Source of the DNA: Trichodelitschia bisporula
Taxonomy: Eukaryota
Reading direction: 5' to 3'
DNA: 64,000 nucleotides
Assembly (NCBI GenBank): GCA_010356995.1
Contig: ML996691.1
Span: forward strand, 1,122,174 to 1,186,173
The position numbers and the translations under genes are program-made. This document shows, one piece after another, positions 12,716 to 25,700 of this stretch. Under the pieces are notes generated by a model. The model was not told where the DNA came from. It saw only the letters and a list, made by a program, of their open reading frames with translations, and made no database searches. Positions within the stretch are counted from its first letter, which is position 1. Every line of letters begins with the position of its first letter.

Positions 12716-13592
12716 CTCGGGCTCGGGCTCGGGTTCAGGCTCGGGCTCGGGCTCGGGCTCTGGTTCCGGTGGTTCAGGCTCAGGCTCCGGCAGCGGCTCT
12801 GGATCTGGCTCGGGTGGTGGCTCGGGGTCTGTTGGCTCGGGGTCTGGTGGCTCAGGTTCGGGTGATTCAAGCTCCGGTGGCTCAGGCTCGGGCTCGGGTT
12901 CCGGCAGCGGCTCCGGGCCTGGTCCCGGCAGTGACTCAGGCTCAGGCTCCGGCCCGGGCACCAACCCCCCCGCCCCACTCCTCCTCCCCCTACCCCCCTC
13001 CCAAACCCTCACCGCCAACCCCAGCAGCGCCTTCACTCTCTCCGGGCAAATCCTAACCCCCGGCGGCGTCATCACCGTCTCCGGAGCCACCATATCCCTC
13101 GCAAGCGGCGGGGGCGTAGCTGTCATAAACGGCGCGACCCAAACACTGTCTCGCGCTCCCGTAGTGTCGGCGACCCCTATCCTCACTGCCTTGGGACAGA
13201 CGTTTTCTGCTGGTCCTAGCGGGGGGATTGTGGTGGGTGGGCAGACGCTGGGGGTGGGGAGTAGTGTCACGCTTGGAGGGACGGTGGTTGGGGTGAAGAC
13301 GGAGGGAGGGAAGACAATAGTTGTTGCTGGGAGCAGTACTGTGGCCACTTTGCCGGCGGCGACGGGTGTTTCTACGACGGGGACGGGTACGACGACGACG
13401 GGGATGACGACGGGGGTTGGCGATTTGATTGCCTCGGGGCTGGGGATTGGATCTAGCACTACGAGTGCTGGGAAGGGGAGCGCGACGGGGAAAGGGAGTA
13501 CGGGTGTGGCGGAGAGGGTGAGAGTTGGATGGTTGGGCGTGTTGGGGAGTGTGGTTGCGTGTGGGGTTGGGGTTTTGGCGGTTAGGTTGTAG
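11367..13592 (+). CDS. Secreted, probably GPI-anchored cell-wall protein with a (Gly-Ser)n spacer, ~709 aa. Exons 11367-11427, 11482-11875, 11918-13592
   Basis: Signal peptide [17 protein letters not shown], then a Cys-containing N-terminal region, a ~150-aa GS tract, GQxLTPGGxITVSG-type beta repeats, a Thr-rich stalk and a hydrophobic C-terminus [20 protein letters not shown]. Both GT-AG introns keep the frame. Confidence 0.82.
12500..12960 (+). repeat. Coding GGNTCN hexamer array (Gly-Ser), including a perfect (GGCTCT)13 at 12636-12713
   Basis: Directly visible. Confidence 0.95.
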
Positions 13593-13853
13593 TTCTAGAT
13601 GCTGTGGATGGGTTACCAGCGGCATGGGTATTTGGCTTTGATGGGATTTGGGCTTTTTTTCGATACTTAGGCGCGGCGTCACGGGTGGCTGTAGTATTAG
13701 CGACATGATGAGATGCGAAACGCGTTACGTATAATTCTATCCAGGTAATAATGCATTCAAACTACTTTTCCGATTCCGCCGCAACGAAGCCCAAACGCCT
13801 GTCACACTGGTGGTATCGCGCGCCCCCAACGCCAAATCCCAAGCACCGACGGT

Positions 13854-16800
13854 TCAGTACCCACGTAAAATTAGGCTGTCCTCGTCCAACTTGCCGTAAA
13901 GCTGCTCGATCAGCCGGAAGACGACTTTGATCTCATCAGCGATCTGCTTCGTGACAAGGGCTGCGGCATAATTAGTATCTTCCTTCCAACGGGAGTGAAA
14001 GGGGAGGAGTGACTCACCATAAGCGTAGAAAAGCTCAAAGTCCTCCTCAGTCGCCACCTTCTTGGCGGAGTTTTGCTCCCGATACTCGAAAATCTTCGCC
14101 AAAAACCGGTCCCGCACATGCTCAACATCCGGCAGCGCATCGTTCATCGGGTACTCAAGCTTGACCGAGCTAGCCAGGACTACTGCCGTCAGCACGCCTC
14201 ACAACCACCGGACCCTTACTTACCGGAAAACAAATGACTAATCCGTGCCGAAAGCTTAACCCGCTCCGCCTGCGTAAAGCGGAGCAATTCCGCCTCTCCG
14301 GGACTCGCCTTAAGCTCCTTCACAATAACCACATTCATCGCATGAAACGCAGCCAGCATGCGGCTCGTAGCATCCAGCACCGAATTCATAAGCCGATCTG
14401 GGAACGGGCCCCGGAGCTCGAACTCGTGCCTCGCGCTGCCGCGCAGTCCCTCCAGATGCGTCAAGAACCGCTGCAAGCCGATAGCCTCGCGGATGTCCAT
14501 GTACGCTGCCCGAGGCCGCCCATCGTCGCCTTCGACCAGGATAGTCAGCGGGTCGCGCTTCCAGATGAGCCCCATGCGGAGCCACAGAACGGCCAGCCCA
14601 TCACGCAGATTGCGCCGCGCCGAAATCGGATAAATCAGGCGGCTAACCACCAGGCCCCAAAGACAGCCAATAAGCACCGCAACAACACGATGCAGCACAA
14701 TCTCCCAAATTGCCGGATCAATCCCACCCTCATCATCGTCATCATCGTCATCCTTTGCCGAAAGACTGTACGCATACAGCGCGGACAGGTTGTACGTCAG
14801 AAAGACGAAGCGGCCGAGCGGGCCTTTCTTCAGCACCAGGATGATGTGGAAACATGCCAGACTCGCGAGCCACCCGATGAAGCCGAGCACCCACGGGTTG
14901 TCGTCTGCTACGATCCAGGCTAGTATCGCGAATACTGCACCCAAGCCTGTGCCCCACACGCGTTGAAGTCCTGTCGTGTTGCTTGCGCCGATGGTCATGC
15001 TGCACACGAGCATGTAGGACAGCAGACCCCACTCGCCTCGCCAGTGCGCGTAGTACGGTCGCGTTTCGGGGATGAAGCTGAACATGGCGTAGAGAATGGC
15101 GCCGATGCCGACTTTGATTGCGTAGCGCACATCATCACGGCGGACGAATTTGTAGGCCTTCCAAAGGATGCTGGAGATCATCTTTGCCGGAACAACTTGT
15201 GTGACGAGGGGTCTCGGGCGCCCGGCTACAGAGAGCCGCCGTGCCGGACCTTCATCAGCGAGTAGTTGCTTGTAGTGCTCGCAAGCGGAATGACTCCGGC
15301 TGCGCGGGTGCCAAAAGTTGAGCCAGTGCCAGGACCGGCGTCGGGGCTGCGTCTCCAACTCCTTCTTCAACTCCGCCAGGATGTCGAGGTACTGTACCAT
15401 GTCCTCTGCAAAGTCCTGGAGCGAGGAGCCGAAGTACCCGCACGCTGCGCCCACCTCCTCGTAGTCGGCGATGACCTCGTGCGAGGTGGATGCGCGCACT
15501 TTTTGGCGGTACAGTCTCTCCAAAGCCTCCTTGCGCGAGTCGGCGAAGAGGTTTTTGGCGACGAGGAGGCTGCGTCGGAAGTTACAGTTGAACACGATGT
15601 CGTATTCGGGGCCGGGACCGAAGGGGAGTTCGTGGAGAACTTCTTTCAGCGTGTAAGCCAGCGACTTCATAGACGGGCCAAGCTGCGCAATGAAGAAGCT
15701 GAAGATGTCGGCTGGGTTTGATGTGTAGCCCGGTGAAGGCAGAGGCCGAGGCTGCTCATTCTCCAATCCATCACTATCCTCGGGCTCTTCGAATATCGAG
15801 GGCAATTCCCCATTCGGCTCGAGGAATGAGTACCCAGTCATCGGGCGCCGCGGCTGAGGCCCAGTATTCCCCTGAGAAATGACAGCAAACTGGGTCGTCG
15901 CTGCACTGCGCAACCCGGCAGCGCTATGCCCCAAACTCTCTATGCACTTGATCAGGCGCCCAGTAACCTTATGCACACTCTCAGTCCCCAGTATGTAGTG
16001 CTCGAACCGAGCTTCGCGGTAGTTCTTCAAAAGCAAGTTGAACGAGTCGCGATACTTGTCGGATAAGTGCGCAAACTCTTCCGTCTTGAGCTCATCCTCG
16101 CTGCCAGCTAGGAATGCGGTTGTTGATCTCGCAAGCATCTCCTCGAGATGGTCCGTCACCTGCACGAGGTCTTTGCGGACTTCGAACCGCGCGGACTGTG
16201 GTTTGATGAGCAGGCTCACACCCGTCGCGGCACATATGCCCATGAGCACGATCCTGAGCACCTGCGAGATCTTCTCATAGTTAAAGTTCCCCAGCTGTAC
16301 AGGGCCCTCCTTCGTCAGCGCCGTGATGATGGTAAGCGACGCGAGCGAGCAAGCCTGGCGCCCAGTCAGTTCTACACCCACATCAGCATCGATCACCAAC
16401 ATACCACGTTGACGAGCGGGCTACTCATGCGCTGCTTCAGCCAACCCACAAAGCCCAGCCCTCCGCCACAGAACACGACCAACACAAGCATATGTCCAAT
16501 ATGCAGCAAGCCCTGCGAGCGAAATGCCACCGTAACGGCCATACTCGCAAAAGCCACCGCTGCGGAGTAGCAGTACGCAACAACGGCAAGCAGCGTCGCC
16601 TCAATCATGCTGCCCGCCGTGCGCGCAGGATGGAAATACACCACCACCGTCGCAACCATGTGCTTCCCATCATTATGCCCCAACAGCCCGGATATTGTGG
16701 GTGTCAGGGTTGCAAGGCTGGCGAGCAGGTACGCAATCGAGCATTTCAGAATCGCAATCCCGTTCGGCGACGTGATGAACTTGTACGCCGTGCCTAGAAA

Positions 16801-17211
16801 CTCGCTCGTGAGACCGTAGACCGTTTTCGTGCGCCGGCGGCGCGAGGAACTGGAGCGGGGGAGGAGGGGTTCCAGCTCGCCGTTGCTGGTCCCCGAGCGC
16901 CGCCGGAAGGGCGCGTTGAGCGTGAAGGCGCGGCGTACGCGTTCGCCGGTTTGGGGGAGGATCCATGTTGCTTGTCGAAGCTGGATGAGAGTTGTGAGCA
17001 AGTGCTGAGGAATGATGTCGAAGGGGCCAGCGCTGCCCGGTGCGCGACGGCGGGGAATAGAGAGTGATGAGTAAGGGGAGAGGCAGCGAAGAAACGCCAT
17101 GGAAATCACAAGCTAATGATGGATGAGAGGTGCAGTACGTACCACACGCTTTGGGCCGCGCCGCAGCGCAGGCGGCGGCGATGGGGAGCCGTTGCTGCCG
17201 GGAGAGCTCAT
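13854..17211 (-). CDS. FUSC-like / aromatic-acid-exporter (ArAE) family membrane protein (yeast YGL140C-like), ~1,014 aa. Exons 17211-17143, 16980-16405, 16354-14224, 14179-14018, 13960-13854
   Basis: Two transmembrane clusters with motifs ILKCSIAYLLAS, HMVATVVVYFHPARTAGSM, YAIKVGIGA, WRGEWGLLSY, GASNTTGLQRVWGT and ARHEFELRGPFP. Four GT-AG introns give one continuous frame. Confidence 0.85.
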
Positions 17212-17751
17212 TGTTGCAGTGAGGATTGTGGTGTTATGTCATCCTCGAAGCTGTGCGCGGTATAGCCAGCGAGGTAGGTAATGGATTTGGCTAGATAAGA
17301 GAAGAGAAGAGAGCGTGGAGAGCAAGAAGCCAGAATGTTGGGCTGAACGCAGGTGAAGGCTAGAAGAGTGAGATGCTGATCCCCCAGCTCACCGGCGAGC
17401 TCATGCGCGTTGTCAGCGATCAAGATCCCAGGCTCAAGGTCAAGGCGGCCGCGCCCAGACCATCGCGCGCCCATGCGCGTTGGGCCAATCACTAAATGCG
17501 GGGAAGCTGCGCAACCGTTGAGGTTCGTTTTCCTTTGCGGGAATATGAAGCTGAACATCAACATATGCATGCAAGATTGAAGAGGTTATGTACTCCGTAG
17601 TAGAATGAAGAAGCTGTTGTAGAAGAGCAGTCGTAAAGGTCGTGCATTCCAGGAGCTATCATGACGAGCACCTCTCGCCGACAAACGAGATCCAGGCAAA
17701 GCCGGGTAACCAAGATGCAGCATCTCATTGTACAAGAAAGAGATCTCCTTC

Positions 17752-19025
17752 CTACGCCTTCACCTCCTCAAACAAGCTCTCTTCAATCCCTTTCGGCTCC
17801 TCCTTCTCCTCCTTCTCCTTCTTCTCCGCCTCCTCCGTCGGCTGCGCAACCTGCCTCCCCCGCCATTCCCTCATCAACTTCCTCTGCCGCCCCCTAAGCC
17901 CAACCTGCAACCAAAGCGCCCATCCCTTCAGACCCATAAGATTCGCATTTGCCCTCGGCAAGATAACATGCGCACTCTTCCCCGCCAACACGGAGTCGAC
18001 AATCGCCCCCGCCACCGTCGCCGGATCAAGCGCATACTGCAAGAATCCATCGCCAGCATGGAAGCCCTCAAACAGCGCCGTACGCGTGTACCCCTGGCAA
18101 ATCGCCACCGTGCGCACCTTTGGCGCCTTGTACACCGTCTTCAACTCCGCAGCTAAGCCCTCGTGGAATGACAGCGCCGCTGCTTTGCTCGCCGAGTAGT
18201 CGACGAGCTGCGGCGCTGTCACGTACGCCGCTAGACTGGCCACCGTCACTACCATGCCGTGGTTCGTCTCCACCATGTGCGGCAGGAACGCCTGTGCGAG
18301 GTAGTAGTGCGCGAGGCTGTTAATCGCGAACGTAAGCTTCAGGTCCGATTCCGAGGTCTCGAGGATCGTCTTGCCGCGCGCGAAGCCCGCGTTGTTAATC
18401 AGGACCGTCGGGTGGCCGACGTGCTTCCGCACGGCTTCGGCAGTCTCAGCGATGGCGGTAGGGGAGGCGAGGTCGCAGTGGAAGTAGTGGACGTTCGGGG
18501 TCGCTTTTACCATCAATAAGTGCGACTCATAAGTGCAACAGGAACACACTCACCCGTATACTGCAACGGCTGAATATCCAGCACCACAACCGTCACGCCC
18601 TTCTGCGCAAGCATCTGTACCGCCAGCGCCCCAATCCCATCGCTCCCACCGGTAACAACCACAATCTCCTTATTCCAGTCGTAGGTATCATTGCTCCAAT
18701 TATTCGTGACTGCGCCATCGAGGAACCCGTTCACCTTCCGATAGATGCCCAACCCGGCGAGGACCTTAAGCCAGCTGAACAACTTTGGCCGCCGAGCCGC
18801 AATTTCTCGCCCGCGCGCTGTATACAGCGCTGCGAGGAGGAGTGCGCCTGTTGGCAGGGGATTGAGCACCGTACGCTGGAACAGCGTGAGGAGCGTGTCG
18901 AAGGTGAAGCCTGCGAGCGGAAGAGTGAACATCGTCGGCGCAACCTAGCCACCCAACGTCGAAGAGACAAACTGACCTTCACGGGCCAGAAGGCCCTTAT
19001 GAGGTTTGAGCTCAGCACCGGGCAT
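17752..19025 (-). CDS. Short-chain dehydrogenase/reductase (retinol dehydrogenase / 17beta-HSD11-like, N-terminal membrane anchor), ~385 aa. Exons 19025-18977, 18910-18554, 18503-17752
   Basis: Cofactor motif VVTGGSDGIG, NNAG, and catalytic VASLA...YSASK. Introns 18976-18911 (GT-CAG) and 18553-18504 (GT-AAG). Confidence 0.9.
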
Positions 19026-19775
19026 ATTCAAAGATTCTCCAACAAGGTTGAGTGTCGCGTGTTTGCAGCAATAACGTCTTGAACAAGAGGAGAACGAGGT
19101 CAATCTCTCGCCCCAGCCAGCGTGCGGGGAGCCTCATGTAAAGACAGCCCATGGCAAGCTCCTAGCCAGCCACCAGCATTGGCAGGCATGGCAGGCTGCT
19201 GCCCCCCGGATGAGGGTAAGGATGAACAGGCGGCACTAGGCGACGGTAGCGGGCTGCTATCTGCGGGGGATGGCAAGTCGTGTGGTGCGGGGGACGCTGG
19301 GGTAGAGGGCTCGGCTGTGGACCGAGGTGTGGCTGCGACTAGTGCAAAGACTCGTGAAGATTGTTGGCCAAGCATGAGGCTGCTCTTTAGACTTCATTGG
19401 TAGAGCGAAAGGAACTTGTGTTCCGCGAACCGATATTCATTATCGAATGAGCAACATTCGGAGTTAGATCCCTCACAGATAGAAGCACTGTGCATCACAC
19501 TGGAAGGAGATTCAGCGGAGAGTATACAATTAAGCTACCAGATATCAACAAACAGACAATTACAACCGTTAGCCGGTCTACCGAGATACAAAGGAAATTC
19601 GTGTCTGGTCTCGTGAGACAAAGTCACAACCCGCGCCTCCCAATGCCTGCAAAATACAAGAAGCAAGTAACAACAAGACAGAAAACAAGTGGAGTGAAAA
19701 GACCCAACTCCTCGCCATGCAGCAAATGGAGTATATCGCGAAGGAATACCAGCCGCCAGATCCGAAAGTGTACAA

Positions 19776-22700
19776 TCAACCAATGTGGCTCTCCGGCAGC
19801 ATGCTCGCCATGCTGCGCTTCTTGTCAATGTCCATTGCGCCGCTCATGACGCGAACCACTTTCTTGTTGGAGTTCGGTTTCGCGATGAGGACCTGCGCGG
19901 GACACACGACAATCTCATCGTCCCCTTCACCGTAGTCGTTCCCCTTCTTGACAACGAGGGGGAACAGCACAATTTTGACAACAGCCTGGCGGCTCTCAAG
20001 CTCCTCATTGGACGTGACGTCCCCGCTGCGCTCGTTCATAAGTGATGCATTGAACGACACCTTTTGGACCAGATCGCCATTGTCGTCAAACTCGGGACGC
20101 AGCGGCGCGAGCATGATGTACTCGGCGCGTTGGCACCGCATTTCAATGGCGAGTTCGACTGCAAGGTTCATGACTTTGCGGAGTGAGTCGGTGATCTGTT
20201 TGACGAGGTGCGCCGGTGGGGGAAGGAGCTTCGAGAGAGTGACATAGATCTCCTGGACAATGGCCTCCGTATCTTGCTTGCGTGTTGCGGCGAAAGATTC
20301 GCGCCTCGAGAGGAGCGTAAGGGTGATCGCACGCCATTGAGCAACTGCGCGTTGAGGGCCTGAGGAGTTAGCCGAAGAATCGCAAACTGGATCGTGAAAC
20401 CTACCAACTTCCGTGAGAGTCTTCTCGAGCTTCTTGAGCGTCTGCCGTTGATCCCGATCCATCCCGAACAAGTACCGCGTGAAAACATACTCCCACACCA
20501 TCGACATGACAAGCGACATAAAAACATCCCTACGCCTGACCCGATCCGCCAACAACATATCCACATCTGTACCATCAAGAATAGCATCATCCAAGCGCTC
20601 CTCCAACTTCTCATCCCGAATATCTGAAGACAACCTACAAGCCCTTGTATCCGAAAACTTAGAAAACCGCAACACCCATTGCTGCACATGCTGACACAAC
20701 TTCTGACACGCCTCATCGAAATAGTCCTCATCCCGAACCGTCAGGAAGCTTTCGCCCTGCTTCGAGAGCAGAATCTGTTGCTGCAAATCCTTGATCTGCT
20801 CCACCGCATCGGCCAACTCGCCCTGTAGCCGCTCGATCTCCTCATTCCGATCCGCCAATGCCGTGTCCATCTCTTTACCCATGCCTGACGACATCTTGTC
20901 ATGCTGAGCTCGCAGTTCGTCGAGAGCTTTGACAGCCACCGCCCACTGAGCGTGGGCATGGGCGCTCTCCGTTTGTAGGCTGGCATATTGCTCGTTTGCT
21001 GCGTTGGCCAATGTCTGGTTTTGTCCCGCGAGTCGCGCGGTGTCCTCTTTGAGTTTTGCAACCTCAGCCTGCAGCACCTCGACCTTCTTTCTCAGCTCAG
21101 CGATGAGTACATCCTTCTCTTGGATCTGCTGATCACGTGAGGCGATGGCGTCCGTCGCTTGGCGCACCGTGTTCGTGAGTGTTTCGCGTTCCTGGCTGGC
21201 AGAGATCATTAGCTGCTCCACCCTCAGCTTTTCATCTTGGAGCGCGCGTTTATCCGATGCGAGCTGATCGACTTTGGTCTGGAGCTCCGCGATATGCATG
21301 CTTTGCCGTTTGCGAATGCTTGGCGGGCGCGTGGGAGACATTGGCGATCCGGTGCGATCGCCCCAACCCTCCTGTTAATGCGGATTAGCATCATGGATAC
21401 CATTAGTAAATAACTAATTGCACTTACAAGGACGCCTTCCATCTCGGAGTCGCGTGATTTGTTAGCACGGTCACGGCCGCTGGCAAGGTAGGAGGACGCT
21501 GCAGCAACAGCCGCTGCGGCAGGGAGAAGTTGGGGTGCAGCAAGGCCGGACGGGGAAAACTTTCTGCCGTCCCGAGCCCCACCACTCACAGTGCGCAAGT
21601 CGCCGGACCGGCTAGTACGCCGCAGCGAGCGATCAGATCGGTTGCTCATTGCACTTGTCGGCCGATTACTCATAGAACTGCCGGGTCGCATGTCATCTGG
21701 ACTCCGGACACGCCCGATATTTGCGTCGCTGTGATTGCTGAGCGCACTCTCTGACCGGAGCTCATTCAGAGGCGACATGCGCCGCAACTTGCCCAAGCTG
21801 GGAGTCCGGTTGCTCACACTGCGACGGGTGCCCGATCCACTGAGTGCTGTGCCGAGAGCCACTATCTCCTTCTCCTCGTCGATATGAGGCCATGATTTGC
21901 GTGCAATGAGATCGTCGATGCTTTCGGCAGGTGAGATTGCTAGACTAGCGGAGGGAGGAGTAACGCGCAAGTCTCCGCGAGGGGAAGGTCGCAAGCGCCG
22001 AGTCTGGATATCCTCGGGGGTTGCCGACCGTCGTGCAGCTTTGAGATCACGCTGGGGATCTGCAGCATCTTGGAACCGGCTGCGTTTCTTGGCTAGCGGA
22101 GAGTCACCGGGGCTGGCTTCTGGGATCGTGTCAAGTACGGTGCTCGGCGTGTAGTCCTGTGGTAGAGGTGTGCCAACAACGGGGGTCTTTGTCCCAGCGG
22201 GTGGTTCAGGTTTCGCGAAGATTGACCGCGACAGTGGCTTCTCGGGTTCAACTTCTATGGGAGTTGCTCGGGACCGCGGAGTTGATGACTTGCGTGTCGT
22301 CTCTTGCGGCTCCGGGGCCGGTGTCTGAACCATAGCTTGGATGTCGCGCGTGGACGGCGATGACTGAAACAGGGTCGTCGATGCCCGGTCTTTGGTAGTA
22401 GACTCCACTGCGCTAGGAGAGATGCGCGGCCCCGTTGCAGAATAGACGGGCAGAGACTCTTGCGAATCGCGATGAGCAAGCTTATCCGTTGTTGTTGCCT
22501 CCTTAACGAAAACGTTCCAATCCATGGGCACTTCAACATCAACCTCTGTCGGATCCTTGTCTGGCGAAGTGATGACAATGTGCTTGGAAGTGGTTGGAGT
22601 GGTCGGGGTGTCGTGGTATCCGCTGTCTCGAACAGAAGCCACAGAGAAGGGTTCCTTCATTTCGGATTCAGGCAAAATGATTCCGCTGTCACGATTGTCG

Positions 22701-25700
22701 GGGAAGGACCAGGCAGACTGAGAGATATCTTGAGCGGAAATCTGTCGCTGTAGGGTGGGTTCCACTGTCGAAAGGGTAAGTGGCGGTTCCTTCACACTCA
22801 AGTCTTGATAGTTGTCCGTGAACACGATTTTCTCTGGTTCTTCCTGGGAGGTTTCCTTGCCCGTGAAGAGTCGCTTCGCCGGATTGAGCTCGTCACTTTG
22901 GTTACGCGTTGGTGCCCTCCTCTTCTGTGAGGGGCTGAGGGGTGAACGCCTGAGTGTAGGCGACATGCTCTTGTCACGCTCGCTGGACGACGCTACCAAA
23001 GTTGGTGTGGGACTGTGCCCATCTGAGAACATCCCAGCATCCAGATCTCGGGGGGTGACCGTTTGATGGGTGGGGCCAAAGACGTCAATCGGAGGTGTGG
23101 ATTGAACGGTTGATGATTCGAATGGGGCCTCCGCTTTGACTTTCGGCTGGGTTACCGCGCGGGGCTCAGGAGTGACGGCTCGAGGCATCTGAGCTGCAGC
23201 CATAGCTGCAACAGTTGCTGCAGCTGCAGCGGCGGCGGCGGTAGGGGGGAGCCCAGAGTATGGGTGTAACCCAGTGGTGGTCGAAGGCGGAATCTCTTTT
23301 TGTACCCCGGGAGGCTCTTCTTCGTCGTGCCGTATAGATCGAGGCGCTTCTTCGACATGCTGCATAGGTTGAGGCTCTGCTTCGGCGTGCTGAGTGGACA
23401 AAGGCCTCTCCTGTATATAGCTTTCTTCAAGGGCTGGAAGCGGACTAATATCGCGCGTAACCTCCTTTTCCCGGTCGAGGGTACTCGTAATACTTTTCTC
23501 CTTGTTAGCGTCGCTCTTCTTGCTCTTGCGCATCTTCTTGACAGGTATATCCCAAGCTTCCGTTTCCGGTGCTGGCGTTACGAAAATATCTTTCGAACCT
23601 TCTTCTCTCACCTGCAGCTCCTCGGCCTCAACAGCGCTCGACTCCTTTTTGCCCCTCTTTTTCTTGAGCGACAGGCGTCGCTTGATGACCTCAGGCGTGG
23701 AGTCCATTTCCATCTCCGAGGGATGGGGAGTCGCGGCACGGGCTTTGGGGAACGCGGGTTCCTCGTCGTCAAAATCATCTGGACTCGCCATCGCAGCTCG
23801 CGTGGCCTTCTTGCCTTTGCCTTTCCGAGATTCAAACAGAGCAGCATCCTCCGCCGCGGCTTTCCAGACATTCACGGCAGGATCCTCCTCCATGGCGGCA
23901 GCATCTGCGGCCGCCTCTTTCCACAGTTCAACCTCACGATTAGACTTCGCCGCAGCTTCTTCCGCGGCTGCTTTCCAGGCCTCAACCTCGCGATCGAGTT
24001 CAGCTCGAGTCGAAACTTGCGCCTTTGGATTCAGGATTTCTTCCTGACGCCGAGTGAGGTCTTCAGTACGTTTGGTCTCAGCATGTTCTGCCACAGCATC
24101 CCACACACCAATCTTGTTCAAAGCCACACCGGCCTCTTCAGAAGTCGAATCTTCGGGACTCGCTTTGGTCTTCTTCTTCCGATGCTTCTTGCCACCAATA
24201 CGAGTCTCGGGGTGCAAATCTGAGACCTCCACTGACTTCCAGGCAGCAAGATCATCATTAGCTTTGTCCTTGCTCGAACCTTCCACGAGTTTGGGATCCA
24301 GGCCTGCAGCAATTAGTCCAGCTGCGAGGACTGTGGCGAACTCGTCGCGGTCGGTGGGCGGCGGATTTGCGTCGTCCATTGCGGTACCTTCAAGGAACGG
24401 CTCGCGTGAGCTAGCCTCGACAGATTGACGACGGCTGCGGCGCCGGGAGCTGGGGCGCGAGGGGCCACGGCTGTGCTGGAGGGGTAACTCGTCGAAGGTA
24501 GGTTCTTCGAGAATGCCGGTCCGGGACGAGGGACGAATGAATGCGGGATCAGTAGCGGCAATTGATGAATCAAAGCCCGCGTCCTGAAGTGCAGCGCCGA
24601 CGGTGGCGGCAAATTCGTACGGCGAAGATGCGCGGGCAGGTTCCGCTGCTTGTTCAACCGATTTTGAGGCCATATCGGTAGTGCGAATGGGGCCAGGTGT
24701 CGACACGGGCCTGTACACTGTTGCCGGAAGCAGCTCCTCATCATCATCATCGTAATAGTCCATCAGCAGGGCTGCTTTTCTGTTGACCTCAACCTGTTCG
24801 CTTGACATGGCATCGTGCATTTGGACGTCTTCGCTGGAGCCTGCTTCCAGCACCCGGCGGGCGTGAGCATCGGTCTCTTCGCTAGGACTGAAGTGACGAG
24901 TGGGCTGAGGAGCCGGTTCGTCCGACGGTCCTTCCTCGGGAGCATCGAAAATGATCGTCTTCTGCCGCTTCGGTTTGTTGAACTTGGGCTCCGGTTCCGT
25001 CGGGTTCTCGGCAGTATCTTTGGCGGTACGAGCTGCCTCGCGGTCAGCAGCGGTCTTTTTCGAAGCATGTTCAAGAGCAAAGTCTCGAATCTTGATGCCT
25101 GCGAACGAATCTTCAGTTGTTGCCGGGACAGGATACGGGATGATTGGCTTAGCGCCTGGCGGAGAGTCGTCGGCTTTTCGCTTACCCTTTGTGCTGGAAG
25201 TGACTGGAGTAAGCTCGCGGGCCGTTTCGACGGCTGTCGTCTCCGAAGAGGAGGAATTTGCAGCAACAGCTCCAACAACAGTTAAGGCAACAGCTCCGGC
25301 CGCAGTGCCGGCAACGAGTGCGCTGGCGACAGACGTTACATCAGTTGGCGATACAGTATCAGTGGCGTCTGCAGAGGCTTTCTCCTCAGTTGGCACTGCG
25401 GGCTCTGACTCTACTTCTTCGATAGGGGCCCTTTTGGTCGCTTCAACTTCGGTCTCTTGATCCCTAGCAGCCGTAGATGAGCCCTGAGGCGTTCTAGCTG
25501 ACGATTCGGCCTCTTGCAGCTTTCCTTTGCCCTTCTTTGCGTTCTTTTTGGCCTGTTTCTTTTGCTTCGCGGTCAAAAATGGGGCTTCAGGCTCCGCCAC
25601 AGCAGCCTTGGATTGAGTGACAACTTCACTCTCTGCCCTCTCAGGCGTGGCTTCCTCCTTAACCGTTTCCTGACTCTGTGTCGTGTCTTCCTTCACTTCT

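Noticed and set aside
12259..13459. (LA)n, (PE)n and (SQ)n ORFs
   Set aside because: Alternate readings of the GGCTCT array; only the GS frame connects to a signal peptide and hydrophobic tail.
19776..21341. 521-aa ORF treated as a separate gene
   Set aside because: A consensus intron (21427-21372) joins it in frame to the giant upstream exon; it is the leashin C-terminus.
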